A stretch of DNA of 60,829 nt from an uncultured Gammaproteobacteria bacterium (GTDB taxonomy: Bacteria; Pseudomonadota; Gammaproteobacteria; Ga0077536): contig CAZXQY010000004.1 in NCBI GenBank assembly GCA_964642505.1, positions 1-60,829 on the forward strand, in the 5' to 3' direction. The notes under the pieces were generated by a model, which worked only from the letters and a program-made list of their open reading frames with translations, had not been told where the DNA came from and did not search any database. Positions 1 to 8,342 of the stretch are shown here, piece by piece. A program made the position numbers and the translations under genes. Position 1 is the first letter of the stretch. The number at the start of each line of letters is the position of its first letter.

Positions 1-2
1 TA

Positions 3-1229
3 ATCAGTATGTTGCATGTTGTGGGCTCTGTGTCCCATGGAGCTAGAGCTAGAGTGACAACCGTAATCGTCGGAATATTAGCGGTCGTTGGTATTTGGTT
101 GATGCTTCAAATCAAAGTGGGAAACCCGGTAGAGGGAAGTAATCTTCTAAAAGAAACCTCCGATTTTAATACCGCCGTACGAGCGGTTAATGCTCATTTC
201 CCAGGTCTTATGACTTTGGAGATAGTGTTTGAAGGCAAGGAGAAGAATAACCGTTTCGTCGCAAGTTCTCCGGAAGCTCAAGCGACGATGTTCCAATTGC
301 AGAGGTTTTTGGAGGTGCAGGATCCTCCGCCGGAAGCTACGTTATCGTTTCCAGACTATTTGCCTGAGGTAAATCGTTTGTTTTCAGGAGGGAACCCTAA
401 ATGGGCGCCTCTCGATGCGAAGGTTGAATCTGTAAATGCGGCGGTTAACGCTCTCATGGTCGGATCTAGCCCGAAGGCGTATTCCCACGTGACTGATTTC
501 ACGTTCTCTAACGGAACGCTATCTCTTTGGTACAAAGATAACAAACAAAAAACAGTTGATACTGCCATTCACCAAACCAAAGCTGGCCTTGAAGTTGTGG
601 GATTGGACCACGAGGACTACCAAATTCGGCTGGGTACTGGGGCTATCGCTTTGCAACAATCGGTAAACGATACCGTGGACAGATATCAATGGACGATATT
701 GTTTTGGCTAAATGTAGTTATTCTGTTTACCTGCAGTTTTTCGTACCGCTCAGTAGTGGCCGGGATTTTGTTGTTGCTGCCGGTTAATTTTTCCAATGTC
801 CTCTTGGCATCTGTGATGGTATTGATGGGTATCGGGTTGGATGTGAATAGCTTGCCGATCGCAGCGATTGGGATTGGTGTGGGGATAGATTATGGTATCT
901 ATCTCCTGAGTCGCATCTGCGAGGAGTTTAGAGAAAATCAGGATCATGGGGAAGCCATCCAACGTGCGGTTACGACCACTGGAAAGGCGATCTTTTTTAC
1001 GGCGACCATCGTTTTGATTGGAATTCTTCCCTGGTATTTTCTGTCTGAACTGAAATTCCTGGCGGACATGGGGTTGTTATTGGTGATGATCATGTTGATT
1101 AATATGGTAATAGCGCTGGTGGTATTACCGCTTCTGGTTTATTTGGTTAAGCCGAAGTTTATCGAACGGGAGCATTTGATAATTTCCGAAAACGTCGACT
1201 TGTCGGAAATAATGGGTAGGACGCAGTAG
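3..1229 (+). CDS. MMPL/RND-family inner-membrane transporter, C-terminal half (5'-truncated by window edge)
   Basis: Frame open from position 3; periplasmic loop followed by several TM helices with RND/MMPL motifs GIGVGIDYGIY and TTGKAIFFTA. Confidence 0.85.
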   Translation: MSMLHVVGSVSHGARARVTTVIVGILAVVGIWLMLQIKVGNPVEGSNLLKETSDFNTAVRAVNAHFPGLMTLEIVFEGKEKNNRFVASSPEAQATMFQLQRFLEVQDPPPEATLSFPDYLPEVNRLFSGGNPKWAPLDAKVESVNAAVNALMVGSSPKAYSHVTDFTFSNGTLSLWYKDNKQKTVDTAIHQTKAGLEVVGLDHEDYQIRLGTGAIALQQSVNDTVDRYQWTILFWLNVVILFTCSFSYRSVVAGILLLLPVNFSNVLLASVMVLMGIGLDVNSLPIAAIGIGVGIDYGIYLLSRICEEFRENQDHGEAIQRAVTTTGKAIFFTATIVLIGILPWYFLSELKFLADMGLLLVMIMLINMVIALVVLPLLVYLVKPKFIEREHLIISENVDLSEIMGRTQ

Positions 1230-1252
1230 GCGTATATCAAAACCAAACTTAA

Positions 1253-2299
1253 ATGGAATTTGAAATCATGAAAAATAATTGTTGGAGTTTAAAAGTCATT
1301 TCATTTTTTGGGATCGTAGCGGCGGTATCGTTGGCTGCGTTCGCGGATGGACACGGAGAGAGTGAGGAGGCTGTTCATATAATCCGAAGTGGCATACCGC
1401 ATGACGCGCTCTATGCTCTAGAGATGGATGGCAAATGGGGATTGGCCGTAGGTAATTTCGGATTGATGTTGGAAACGTCTGACGGGGGCGAATCTTGGAC
1501 TTTAGTGCCGCCTGTCAAGGAATCAAATGGGGAAACTTTAAAGAGCGCACTTTTGGCGGTAGCTCGCGATGGTGAGAACGTTATCCTAACGGGGCAGCAA
1601 GGTCTTGTCGTTACTAGACAGGGGTCGGCAGATTGGGAAGTGCAAGATAGTGGGCTAGATGCCAGATTGTTAAATGTTGATATCGCTGGAGGACTGACGA
1701 TGGCAGTGGGTGAGTTCGGTTTTATCGGACGTTCTGTCGATGGCGGTAAGAGTTGGAAACAAGTAAGTGTCAATTGGGAAAGATTCAATGACGAAGGCTA
1801 TGAACCGCACTTATATGATGTTGTGATTCAAGCTAACGGCGTGGTGTTAATAGCTGGAGAGTTTGGCTTAATCCTTCGATCGACTGACGGTGGTATGAAT
1901 TTCGATGCTGCCAATCGAGGGGAACAATCTGTATTTGATATTCATCTGGCCGAGGACGGGACAAGGAATGGATTCGCGGTTGGACAAGAGGGCTTGGTAT
2001 TGAAAACATCGGACGCCGGGGCTTCGTGGACCAAACTTGCGAAAGCCACAAACGCCAATCTCTTAGGGGTCTGGAGTGGGCATGACGAAGTCGTGATAAC
2101 TGGTATAAGAGAGCTCCTTCGGTCGAGTGACGGAGGATCGACTTTTCAAAGTGGCCAGACGGACATACAGATCGGGCGGAATTGGTTCCAAGGTGTTGCT
2201 TCGGGTACAGCGGAAAAAAATTCTGGTGTCGGAGTTTTGGCAGAAGAATCTGTCTATATAGTAGGGCATCAAGGAAGTATTGCCCGGATAGTGAAATAG
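1253..2299 (+). CDS. YCF48-like / BNR-repeat beta-propeller periplasmic protein
   Basis: Signal peptide; repeated Asp-box motifs (TSDGGESW, SVDGGKSW, STDGGMNF, TSDAGASW, SSDGGSTF); typical partner of RND/DUF1302/DUF1329; alternative start 1268. Confidence 0.85.
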   Translation: MEFEIMKNNCWSLKVISFFGIVAAVSLAAFADGHGESEEAVHIIRSGIPHDALYALEMDGKWGLAVGNFGLMLETSDGGESWTLVPPVKESNGETLKSALLAVARDGENVILTGQQGLVVTRQGSADWEVQDSGLDARLLNVDIAGGLTMAVGEFGFIGRSVDGGKSWKQVSVNWERFNDEGYEPHLYDVVIQANGVVLIAGEFGLILRSTDGGMNFDAANRGEQSVFDIHLAEDGTRNGFAVGQEGLVLKTSDAGASWTKLAKATNANLLGVWSGHDEVVITGIRELLRSSDGGSTFQSGQTDIQIGRNWFQGVASGTAEKNSGVGVLAEESVYIVGHQGSIARIVK

Positions 2300-2454
2300 C
2301 GCCCAACAGGTTTAGAGAGGATTTGCCGAAGATTCGGTTTTCATAGCCGAAACCCACAGTTTGGTGTATTTAATGTTTGATGTGATTAAGTCTTAAATGA
2401 TTGATTGCTGGATATTAACGGACCGCTAAGAACCCGCTGAAATTCCCTTTATAT

Positions 2455-2469
2455 TGCTGCAATGCAGTA
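2455..2469. promoter_or_regulatory. Palindromic operator candidate TGCTGCA-A-TGCAGTA (contains CTGC-N3-GCAG)
   Basis: Imperfect inverted repeat about 45 bp upstream of the TTGACA box. Confidence 0.3.
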
Positions 2470-2513
2470 TATTTAGGTGCGCAAAACTTACGCGAATTAA
2501 AGAATCGAAGCCG

Positions 2514-2542
2514 TTGACAAGCACCCTGAAATAAGCGCTAAT
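2514..2542 (+). promoter_or_regulatory. Sigma70-type promoter for the DUF1302 gene
   Basis: Perfect TTGACA (2514-2519), 17-nt spacer, GCTAAT (2537-2542). Confidence 0.55.
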
Positions 2543-2550
2543 ACACAATA

Positions 2551-2699
2551 CGGGGGACCGAGTATCCGCTAGCTTTGTTAAGCTAGGGGCTTGGATCGAG
2601 GGGAGTGCCTTTTTAATGTTTCATTAAGAAGCGCCCGCGAGGTCCGAATAATCGGATTCCTCAAAAACATAATAATTTAATGGTCAGAGGAGAGCGGGA
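2551..2699 (+). promoter_or_regulatory. Structured 5' leader (three consecutive hairpins) of the DUF1302 gene
   Basis: CTAGCTT-TGTT-AAGCTAG; TTAATG-TTT-CATTAA with extended GU-containing stem; GAGG-TCCGA-ATAA-TCGGA-TT-CCTC; RBS GAGGA at 2687-2691. Confidence 0.5.
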
Positions 2700-5162
2700 G
2701 TGAGAAAACACACAATCGCGCGGAGTTTAATCTCAGGTATTGCTGTCGGTGGTATCCTTTTTGCAGGAACCGTATCGGCAGTTGATTGGAACATAACTGG
2801 ATTTTTCCGACAGGAGATAGCGTATAGTCTCCACGATGATGGGAACCAGAATAACACAATGGGTAACCCATTTAATCATCGAATCGTTCCGCAGATAACT
2901 TCTGCGGCTTTCATGAATGATGCAACCCTGCAGAACGGCTTGAATGCAAACGCTAGAGCTGCGACGACGGTTTTTAATTCTAGAGCAAATGGAATTCCAG
3001 GCGGCCTTCTGCCCGGCGGATTGTTTGCAAGTGGTGAGTTGGCTAAGGATGCCTTCACACTCAATGCAAACGGATCGCATAATCGGGTCACAGGTGTCTT
3101 GCCAGCGGGTTCTTTTACCAGTTCGCCAGTATCTTGTAAATTCGGTACTTCGGGTGGTAGAGACATTACCAACGGCAGAAACCGAGGTATTCTAGGGCTT
3201 GGATCGCCGCAAGTTGGACAAGTGGATGTACCCTTCCCGCTCATGATGTGTCCTAATGGACAAGGTTCGACGCAGGGTAACGCTGGTCTTTCCCAAATAG
3301 TAGGGCTGACTCTGAATAATGGAGCCATTGTACGGGGACCTGCGCCAGCTATAGGGTTGCCAAATACAGGTACTGACTTTTCTGCTTCACACGCTAATCA
3401 GAGTGCTGGGGAAGCGATTTCCCAGGCGGGTCTAGCGCTGAGCGATGAAATCGATTTCAACGCTTTCAATTCTCGAGTTGAAGTGGATGTACAGGGACAG
3501 TTCACGCCGGACTTAGCGATGTTTATGAAGGTTCGCGCATACTTTGATGCGACGAGAAACTTTGTAGATGGGGGCACATCGGGAGGCATAGATGACCATT
3601 ATGCGAATCCATACTTTGGGAATCGCCGAGCCACTTTAACGGAGTGGAATAGCCCGGATGCAATCATCGATATCCCGTTCTTATACTTCGACTGGAGTAA
3701 GGGACCGTTATGGATACGTCTTGGTAACCAGGTTATCGCGTGGGGTGAAGCATATTTCTTTAGAACTATGGACGTAGCGAACGGCTTAGACTTAAGACGT
3801 CACTTGGTGTTGGGTCCAGGAGCGGAGGAGTATCAGGATCAACGTATCGGATCACCTGCCATACGGGTGAGTTACACCTTCAAAAATGGTTGGGAAATAG
3901 ATGCGTTTGCGCAAATGTTTTCCCCAACGATTCTGCCGGGTCAAAACACGCCTTACAACCTCGCTCCCACGACTATCTATATGGATGACTCCGATGGATA
4001 CGACGATGCTGAGGGTGCGATTAATTTCGGCTTTAAGTTAACGATGCCGCTGACAGACGCTTTCACTGCGATGATAGCTTATGCAAACCGACGTAATCCG
4101 GATGGCTATTTTACTGGAGCTGATGCACCAATTGTCCATCAAGGAAGGGCGAATCCTTTCTGTTTGAACCAGCACAATGCCACAAATAACGTCATGGCTG
4201 CATTAGGCAACCCGCACTTAGGTTTGGGTATGGAAGCGATGCCAACGTTGGATACTAGCCAACGTACGATGAGACGCGGTTGTGGCACGAGTTTCGCGCC
4301 AGATGATTTCGCCGCAAGCTCTTTAGAGTACTGGTATCGAATTCGTGACGGTCGTATCAACAGCAGCAATTACGTTTCGACTCAAGTCGACGAGTTTCCG
4401 GCTTCGCGTTGGGCGACTCGTGAAATATTTGGGTTTGGTAACGAGGGTAACTTTGTTGATACCTATCGAACATTGGAAGGTTTCCGTAGCTCGTTTGGTA
4501 ATATCACCCAATATGTGGGCCGGTATTTCAGACGGGAAAGAAACTACATGATTGGTGGTAACTACATAATTACCGCCAATGATCCAAACTCGATTTTCGA
4601 CCAGTTGATTATTCGTGGTGAGGTGAACTGGACGCCTAATAAAGCGTTTACGAATGACCTCAGTTTCAACTTCACAGAGAAGGACGATATTGTGTCGTCG
4701 TTGATTTTTGAGAAGTACCACAGATTCAGTATGGATTTCCCTGCGACTTATATGGTCTTGCAGTGGATGCACCGTACAGAATCCGACATGTTTGGCCGAG
4801 ATCTAGATAAGCAAGATACTAGAAAGATTTCGGACTTTATGGATCCTACAACGGGTGCTTTCACGGCTTGTGCGTTTGACAATGCCTGTGACGATCCTCG
4901 AGGTGACAGCAGTGCTAATTACGTGGTGTTCGCGTTTCAACAACCTTTTCCAAATCTGATTTGGAGAGCGGATTTTGCCATTATGGTTGATGTTGCGGGC
5001 GGTTACCTCGTTCAGCCTGGAATAAGATATCGTCCGTCGGCTAAGTACCAATGGGACTTGTACGCGACGATGATTAACTCACCGGGTGGTGATAACGATA
5101 CGGTTACGGAGAGCTTAGATTGGGCGGATGAAATATTCGTTCGATTTACATATTTCTTCTAA
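2700..5162 (+). CDS. DUF1302-family outer-membrane beta-barrel protein
   Basis: GTG start with RBS; signal peptide; motifs RLGNQVIAWGEA and DVANGLDLRRH; C-terminal RFTYFF (terminal Phe typical of BAM substrates); genomic context. Confidence 0.8.
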   Translation: MRKHTIARSLISGIAVGGILFAGTVSAVDWNITGFFRQEIAYSLHDDGNQNNTMGNPFNHRIVPQITSAAFMNDATLQNGLNANARAATTVFNSRANGIPGGLLPGGLFASGELAKDAFTLNANGSHNRVTGVLPAGSFTSSPVSCKFGTSGGRDITNGRNRGILGLGSPQVGQVDVPFPLMMCPNGQGSTQGNAGLSQIVGLTLNNGAIVRGPAPAIGLPNTGTDFSASHANQSAGEAISQAGLALSDEIDFNAFNSRVEVDVQGQFTPDLAMFMKVRAYFDATRNFVDGGTSGGIDDHYANPYFGNRRATLTEWNSPDAIIDIPFLYFDWSKGPLWIRLGNQVIAWGEAYFFRTMDVANGLDLRRHLVLGPGAEEYQDQRIGSPAIRVSYTFKNGWEIDAFAQMFSPTILPGQNTPYNLAPTTIYMDDSDGYDDAEGAINFGFKLTMPLTDAFTAMIAYANRRNPDGYFTGADAPIVHQGRANPFCLNQHNATNNVMAALGNPHLGLGMEAMPTLDTSQRTMRRGCGTSFAPDDFAASSLEYWYRIRDGRINSSNYVSTQVDEFPASRWATREIFGFGNEGNFVDTYRTLEGFRSSFGNITQYVGRYFRRERNYMIGGNYIITANDPNSIFDQLIIRGEVNWTPNKAFTNDLSFNFTEKDDIVSSLIFEKYHRFSMDFPATYMVLQWMHRTESDMFGRDLDKQDTRKISDFMDPTTGAFTACAFDNACDDPRGDSSANYVVFAFQQPFPNLIWRADFAIMVDVAGGYLVQPGIRYRPSAKYQWDLYATMINSPGGDNDTVTESLDWADEIFVRFTYFF

Positions 5163-5189
5163 ACCGAAAGTTAAGAAGCCTTACTTTTT

Positions 5190-5218
5190 AGAGCCGGCCA
5201 TGTGCCGGCTCTTTTTTT
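5190..5218 (+). terminator. Rho-independent terminator
   Basis: AGAGCCGGC-CATGT-GCCGGCTCT followed by a T-run. Confidence 0.9.
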
Positions 5219-5410
5219 GGTCTGGCAACATGTCTAGGGACAGATTGGTCTCAGCGAGTTTCGGTGGTGTATATTTCCAATGTAAATAATTAATATTTCC
5301 GTAGGCATCTTTGTAGGTTTTGTCTTAGAGTTTGGTGCTATTTCGTTATAGACTAACGTTATGCCCTTTAGAAAGAGATTAGTGAACAATAGTTAAACGA
5401 GAAACAAACA

Positions 5411-6322
5411 ATGAACAAAGCGATCTTTCCATTGAAGATTTTGATTTTTTTTATACTAGCTGGCTCGGTGTTCGCACAGGAAGCTGGTGATGATTCTGAT
5501 TCTGTAACGTCAGAGACCGCAACTTCTCAAACTCCGGCAGTAGGGAATAGTCTGGAAAATAAACAAGAAACAAATATTGACGGGCCACCTAGTAGTGAGA
5601 ATTCAGAAGTAGTGCCAACTGACGATTCTACTCCCAGCGTGATTCCAGGCGTAACGCCATTACTTGAAGAAGAGGAGAGTGCGGGTTTTATCGTTGATTT
5701 TTATCGAGGGATAAAGACTTTATTAGTTCTGGGAGGGCCAGTTGTATGGATTCTTCTAGTCGTATCAATACTCGGTTTGACGCTAGCCCTAACGAAATTT
5801 CTTCAGTTTTCTAGGACTAATGTTGTGGCAATTAAAGTGATAGATGACGCTATCTCCCTTTGGTTGGAAGGAAATATCGCGAAAGGTAGCGGAAATCTAG
5901 AACGTTCAGCCATCCCGATTGCCGCAGATATAAAATATGGTCTTGAAATGAGAGGGACACTCGATCAGGAATCACTTCAGGATGAAATGATTAGAAGATC
6001 GTCTTCGTTTCTTAGGGAGTATTCTCACAATCTCAAGCCGTTGGAGTTGATTTACTATCTTGCCCCCGTCATGGGGTTGTTGGGAACTGTGCTCGGGATG
6101 ATAGACGCCTTCAGAGGGCTTGCGGTGACCGCTGGCGCTGCAGGCGAATCCTCTGCTCTAGCTAGTGGGATCTGGGAAGCTTTATTGACGACGGCAGTTG
6201 GATTGTCGATTGCTATTCCTTTTGCTGTGATGCATGCGATTTTAGAAACGAAGCTTGATACTCTAACTGAGCAAGTTGGAGATATGATCACTCGTGTTTG
6301 CTCGAGGAATGAGGTCAGCTAG
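5411..6322 (+). CDS. exbB: MotA/TolQ/ExbB proton-channel family protein with N-terminal signal peptide and acidic extension
   Basis: APVMGLLGTVLGMI and GIWEALLTTAVGL motifs. Confidence 0.85.
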   Translation: MNKAIFPLKILIFFILAGSVFAQEAGDDSDSVTSETATSQTPAVGNSLENKQETNIDGPPSSENSEVVPTDDSTPSVIPGVTPLLEEEESAGFIVDFYRGIKTLLVLGGPVVWILLVVSILGLTLALTKFLQFSRTNVVAIKVIDDAISLWLEGNIAKGSGNLERSAIPIAADIKYGLEMRGTLDQESLQDEMIRRSSSFLREYSHNLKPLELIYYLAPVMGLLGTVLGMIDAFRGLAVTAGAAGESSALASGIWEALLTTAVGLSIAIPFAVMHAILETKLDTLTEQVGDMITRVCSRNEVS

Positions 6323-6324
6323 CG

Positions 6325-6753
6325 TTGAATATGCAGGTCGCGTTGTTGGGGAATAGGAAAACCAGGAGGCGGTCTGGAAGAATGTCCCTTACCCCGCTCA
6401 TTGACTGCGTTTTCATTTTATTAGTTTTTTTCATGTTGCAGACCAATTTTTTAAGGCCGCGTGCGATAGAGTTCTCTCAATCCGCTTCTAGCGCTCAAAT
6501 CGATAGTGAAACGCCTTTAATAGCCATAGAGCTTCGACTAGATGGAACGATCTGGCTCAATGGAGTGGGAAGTAGCATGGAAGGACTCACGTCCTATGCT
6601 GCCAGCCTTACCGAACCGAGCCAAAGCCGAGTAATGCTTGCCGTTGATCCCCAGGTTAAATTGCAGGCTGCCGTCGATATTATGGACATGCTAAATACGA
6701 ATCAAATTTTCAATATTTCGTTGGCGGCTGCCCGTCGCTTTGAAGATGACTGA
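6325..6753 (+). CDS. exbD: ExbD/TolR family protein (Asp-type)
   Basis: LTPLIDCVFILLVFFML TM motif; alternative start 6331. Confidence 0.85.
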   Translation: MNMQVALLGNRKTRRRSGRMSLTPLIDCVFILLVFFMLQTNFLRPRAIEFSQSASSAQIDSETPLIAIELRLDGTIWLNGVGSSMEGLTSYAASLTEPSQSRVMLAVDPQVKLQAAVDIMDMLNTNQIFNISLAAARRFEDD

Positions 6754-6770
6754 TTAGGGTTGGGATATAA

Positions 6771-7211
6771 ATGAAAATTCGCAGCAGACGGCATACCATG
6801 GAAAGACTAACGGAGAAAGTTACTGGGAAAAGATCTGCTCGGGAAGAGAATGTCATCCCTATGATTAACATCATTTTTCTCCTACTCCTGTATTTTATGG
6901 TAGTGGGAAATTTATCACCCGATTATAATGTTAATCCTCCCTTCGCGTCTCAGGAGGCTGAGTCGTCATCGCTTGTACCAACGGTAAGTGTTACAAAAGA
7001 AGGGCAGCTTAGATTCGAAAATGTTCCTGTAAGCTGGGAAGAGCTGACATCTAGGCTCAGCGGTATCAGCGACTATGAAAAAATAAAAATTTATGCAGAT
7101 GCCGAGTCGGATGCCCTAACTATTTCGGAAATAATGAAAACTGCAGCAAATGCTGGGATTTTACAGTTTATTTTAGTTACTCAAAAAAAAATATCGGATG
7201 AATTAGAATGA
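6771..7211 (+). CDS. exbD: ExbD/TolR family protein (Asn-type)
   Basis: VIPMINIIFLLLLYFMV TM motif; C-terminal IYADAES. Confidence 0.8.
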   Translation: MKIRSRRHTMERLTEKVTGKRSAREENVIPMINIIFLLLLYFMVVGNLSPDYNVNPPFASQEAESSSLVPTVSVTKEGQLRFENVPVSWEELTSRLSGISDYEKIKIYADAESDALTISEIMKTAANAGILQFILVTQKKISDELE

Positions 7212-8326
7212 AATATTCATCTAGGCGCGTTGTTATTTTGGTTGGACTGTTAGTTGCTTCGAGTATTATCCATGCCATTGTTTCATGGCAGGTGGGTCGA
7301 AAAATAGATGGACCGGAGAAAGTGCTTCCTCCTGAAGAGGAGGTTGTGCAAATAGTTATGGATAAGCCACCGGAACCAGAACTAGAAAAAACTCCGCCGC
7401 CAGAAGAGCAATTGGAATTCGAAGAGGAATTGGAATTCGATCCGCCTGAAATATTGTTAGCCCCTAAGTCGGTGGCGCCACCTCCGCCGGATGTGACGGT
7501 TGCTTTAAAAGCTCAATCAGGAGGGTTCCAGGGTATAGACATTCCTACGGGTATAGCCGCAGTGCCGCTAAGTGAAGGCTCAGGTATTGGCGGTTTCAAA
7601 ACTGGTATAGGCAATGGTTTGGGAGATGGGACGGCGAGATTCGCTGCCTACATAGCAGGTCTACGAGAAGCAGGATTGGATGTAGTGTTTGCGATCGATG
7701 CTACGGGTTCAATGGATTGGGTGATAGATGAAGTTAGGGATAGGATCCAGGACATTGCTCAAACCGTAAGATCTCTGGTTCCGATTGCGCGATTTGGCGT
7801 GGTTGCTTACCGTGATCATAACGATCCAGAGTTTACTACGAGGGTGCACGAATTAACCTACAGCACAGCTAAAATAAAGCGTTTTATGGCGCAACTCGAG
7901 GCGAAAGGCGGTGGCGATTGGTTTGAAGCGATAGATGCTGGAATCAGGGATGCGATAGAGCAATCGGGATGGCGGATAGGGGCTAGGCGTCTGATTATTG
8001 TGGTTGGCGATGCGCCACTTAAGCAGGGTCAATTGGGTAAGGTAGTTCGTCTAGCTGAGCAGTTTGGTCGATCAGGTGGAACGATATCGACGTTGGATGT
8101 AAGTGATCAGGCTAATCCTTCGTTACTTGAAGCGAAGGTTGGGAGAAAAGTAGCCAGACCTCTCTATCGCAGTGCCCCCATGCATTCTTTTCTTGTTATA
8201 GGAGAAGCAGGGGGAGGAGACGCTGCTACTCTCGACGGAGAGCTAAAATTAACCAAACGTTTGGTGAAGCTTATTATGGGCGATCAGTTTGCAAATGAGA
8301 TGCAGGCACTTTTGGATGCGTTGTGA
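7208..8326 (+). CDS. Membrane-anchored Pro/Glu-rich protein with C-terminal von Willebrand A (vWA) domain
   Basis: N-terminal TM containing SSIIHA; PPEPE/PPPEE/APPPPD linker; vWA motifs DVVFAIDATGSM, VVAYRD, GGGDWFEA, VVGDAP; 4-bp overlap with exbD. Confidence 0.8.
   Translation: MKYSSRRVVILVGLLVASSIIHAIVSWQVGRKIDGPEKVLPPEEEVVQIVMDKPPEPELEKTPPPEEQLEFEEELEFDPPEILLAPKSVAPPPPDVTVALKAQSGGFQGIDIPTGIAAVPLSEGSGIGGFKTGIGNGLGDGTARFAAYIAGLREAGLDVVFAIDATGSMDWVIDEVRDRIQDIAQTVRSLVPIARFGVVAYRDHNDPEFTTRVHELTYSTAKIKRFMAQLEAKGGGDWFEAIDAGIRDAIEQSGWRIGARRLIIVVGDAPLKQGQLGKVVRLAEQFGRSGGTISTLDVSDQANPSLLEAKVGRKVARPLYRSAPMHSFLVIGEAGGGDAATLDGELKLTKRLVKLIMGDQFANEMQALLDAL
7403..7438 (+). repeat. 18-bp tandem duplication inside the vWA protein linker (EEQLEF/EEELEF)
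   Basis: GAAGAGCAATTGGAATTC GAAGAGGAATTGGAATTC, one mismatch. Confidence 0.85.
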
Positions 8327-8342
8327 TACGGGAACATTTATT

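Noticed and set aside
1253-2299. Photosystem II assembly function implied by the YCF48 name
   Set aside because: No photosynthesis genes; the BNR propeller is a general partner of RND/DUF1302 modules
2333-2351. Hairpin TTCGGTT-TTCAT-AGCCGAA after the YCF48-like gene as a terminator
   Set aside because: Short stem with no following U-tract
5411-8326. Canonical Tol-Pal or TonB-receptor operon, or flagellar MotAB
   Set aside because: No tolB/pal, no TonB_C domain, no TonB-dependent receptor and no OmpA-like MotB domain in the locus
8289-8342. Upstream start of the TPR-like gene overlapping the vWA gene
   Set aside because: The extra residues precede a signal-like N-terminus that begins at ATG 8343
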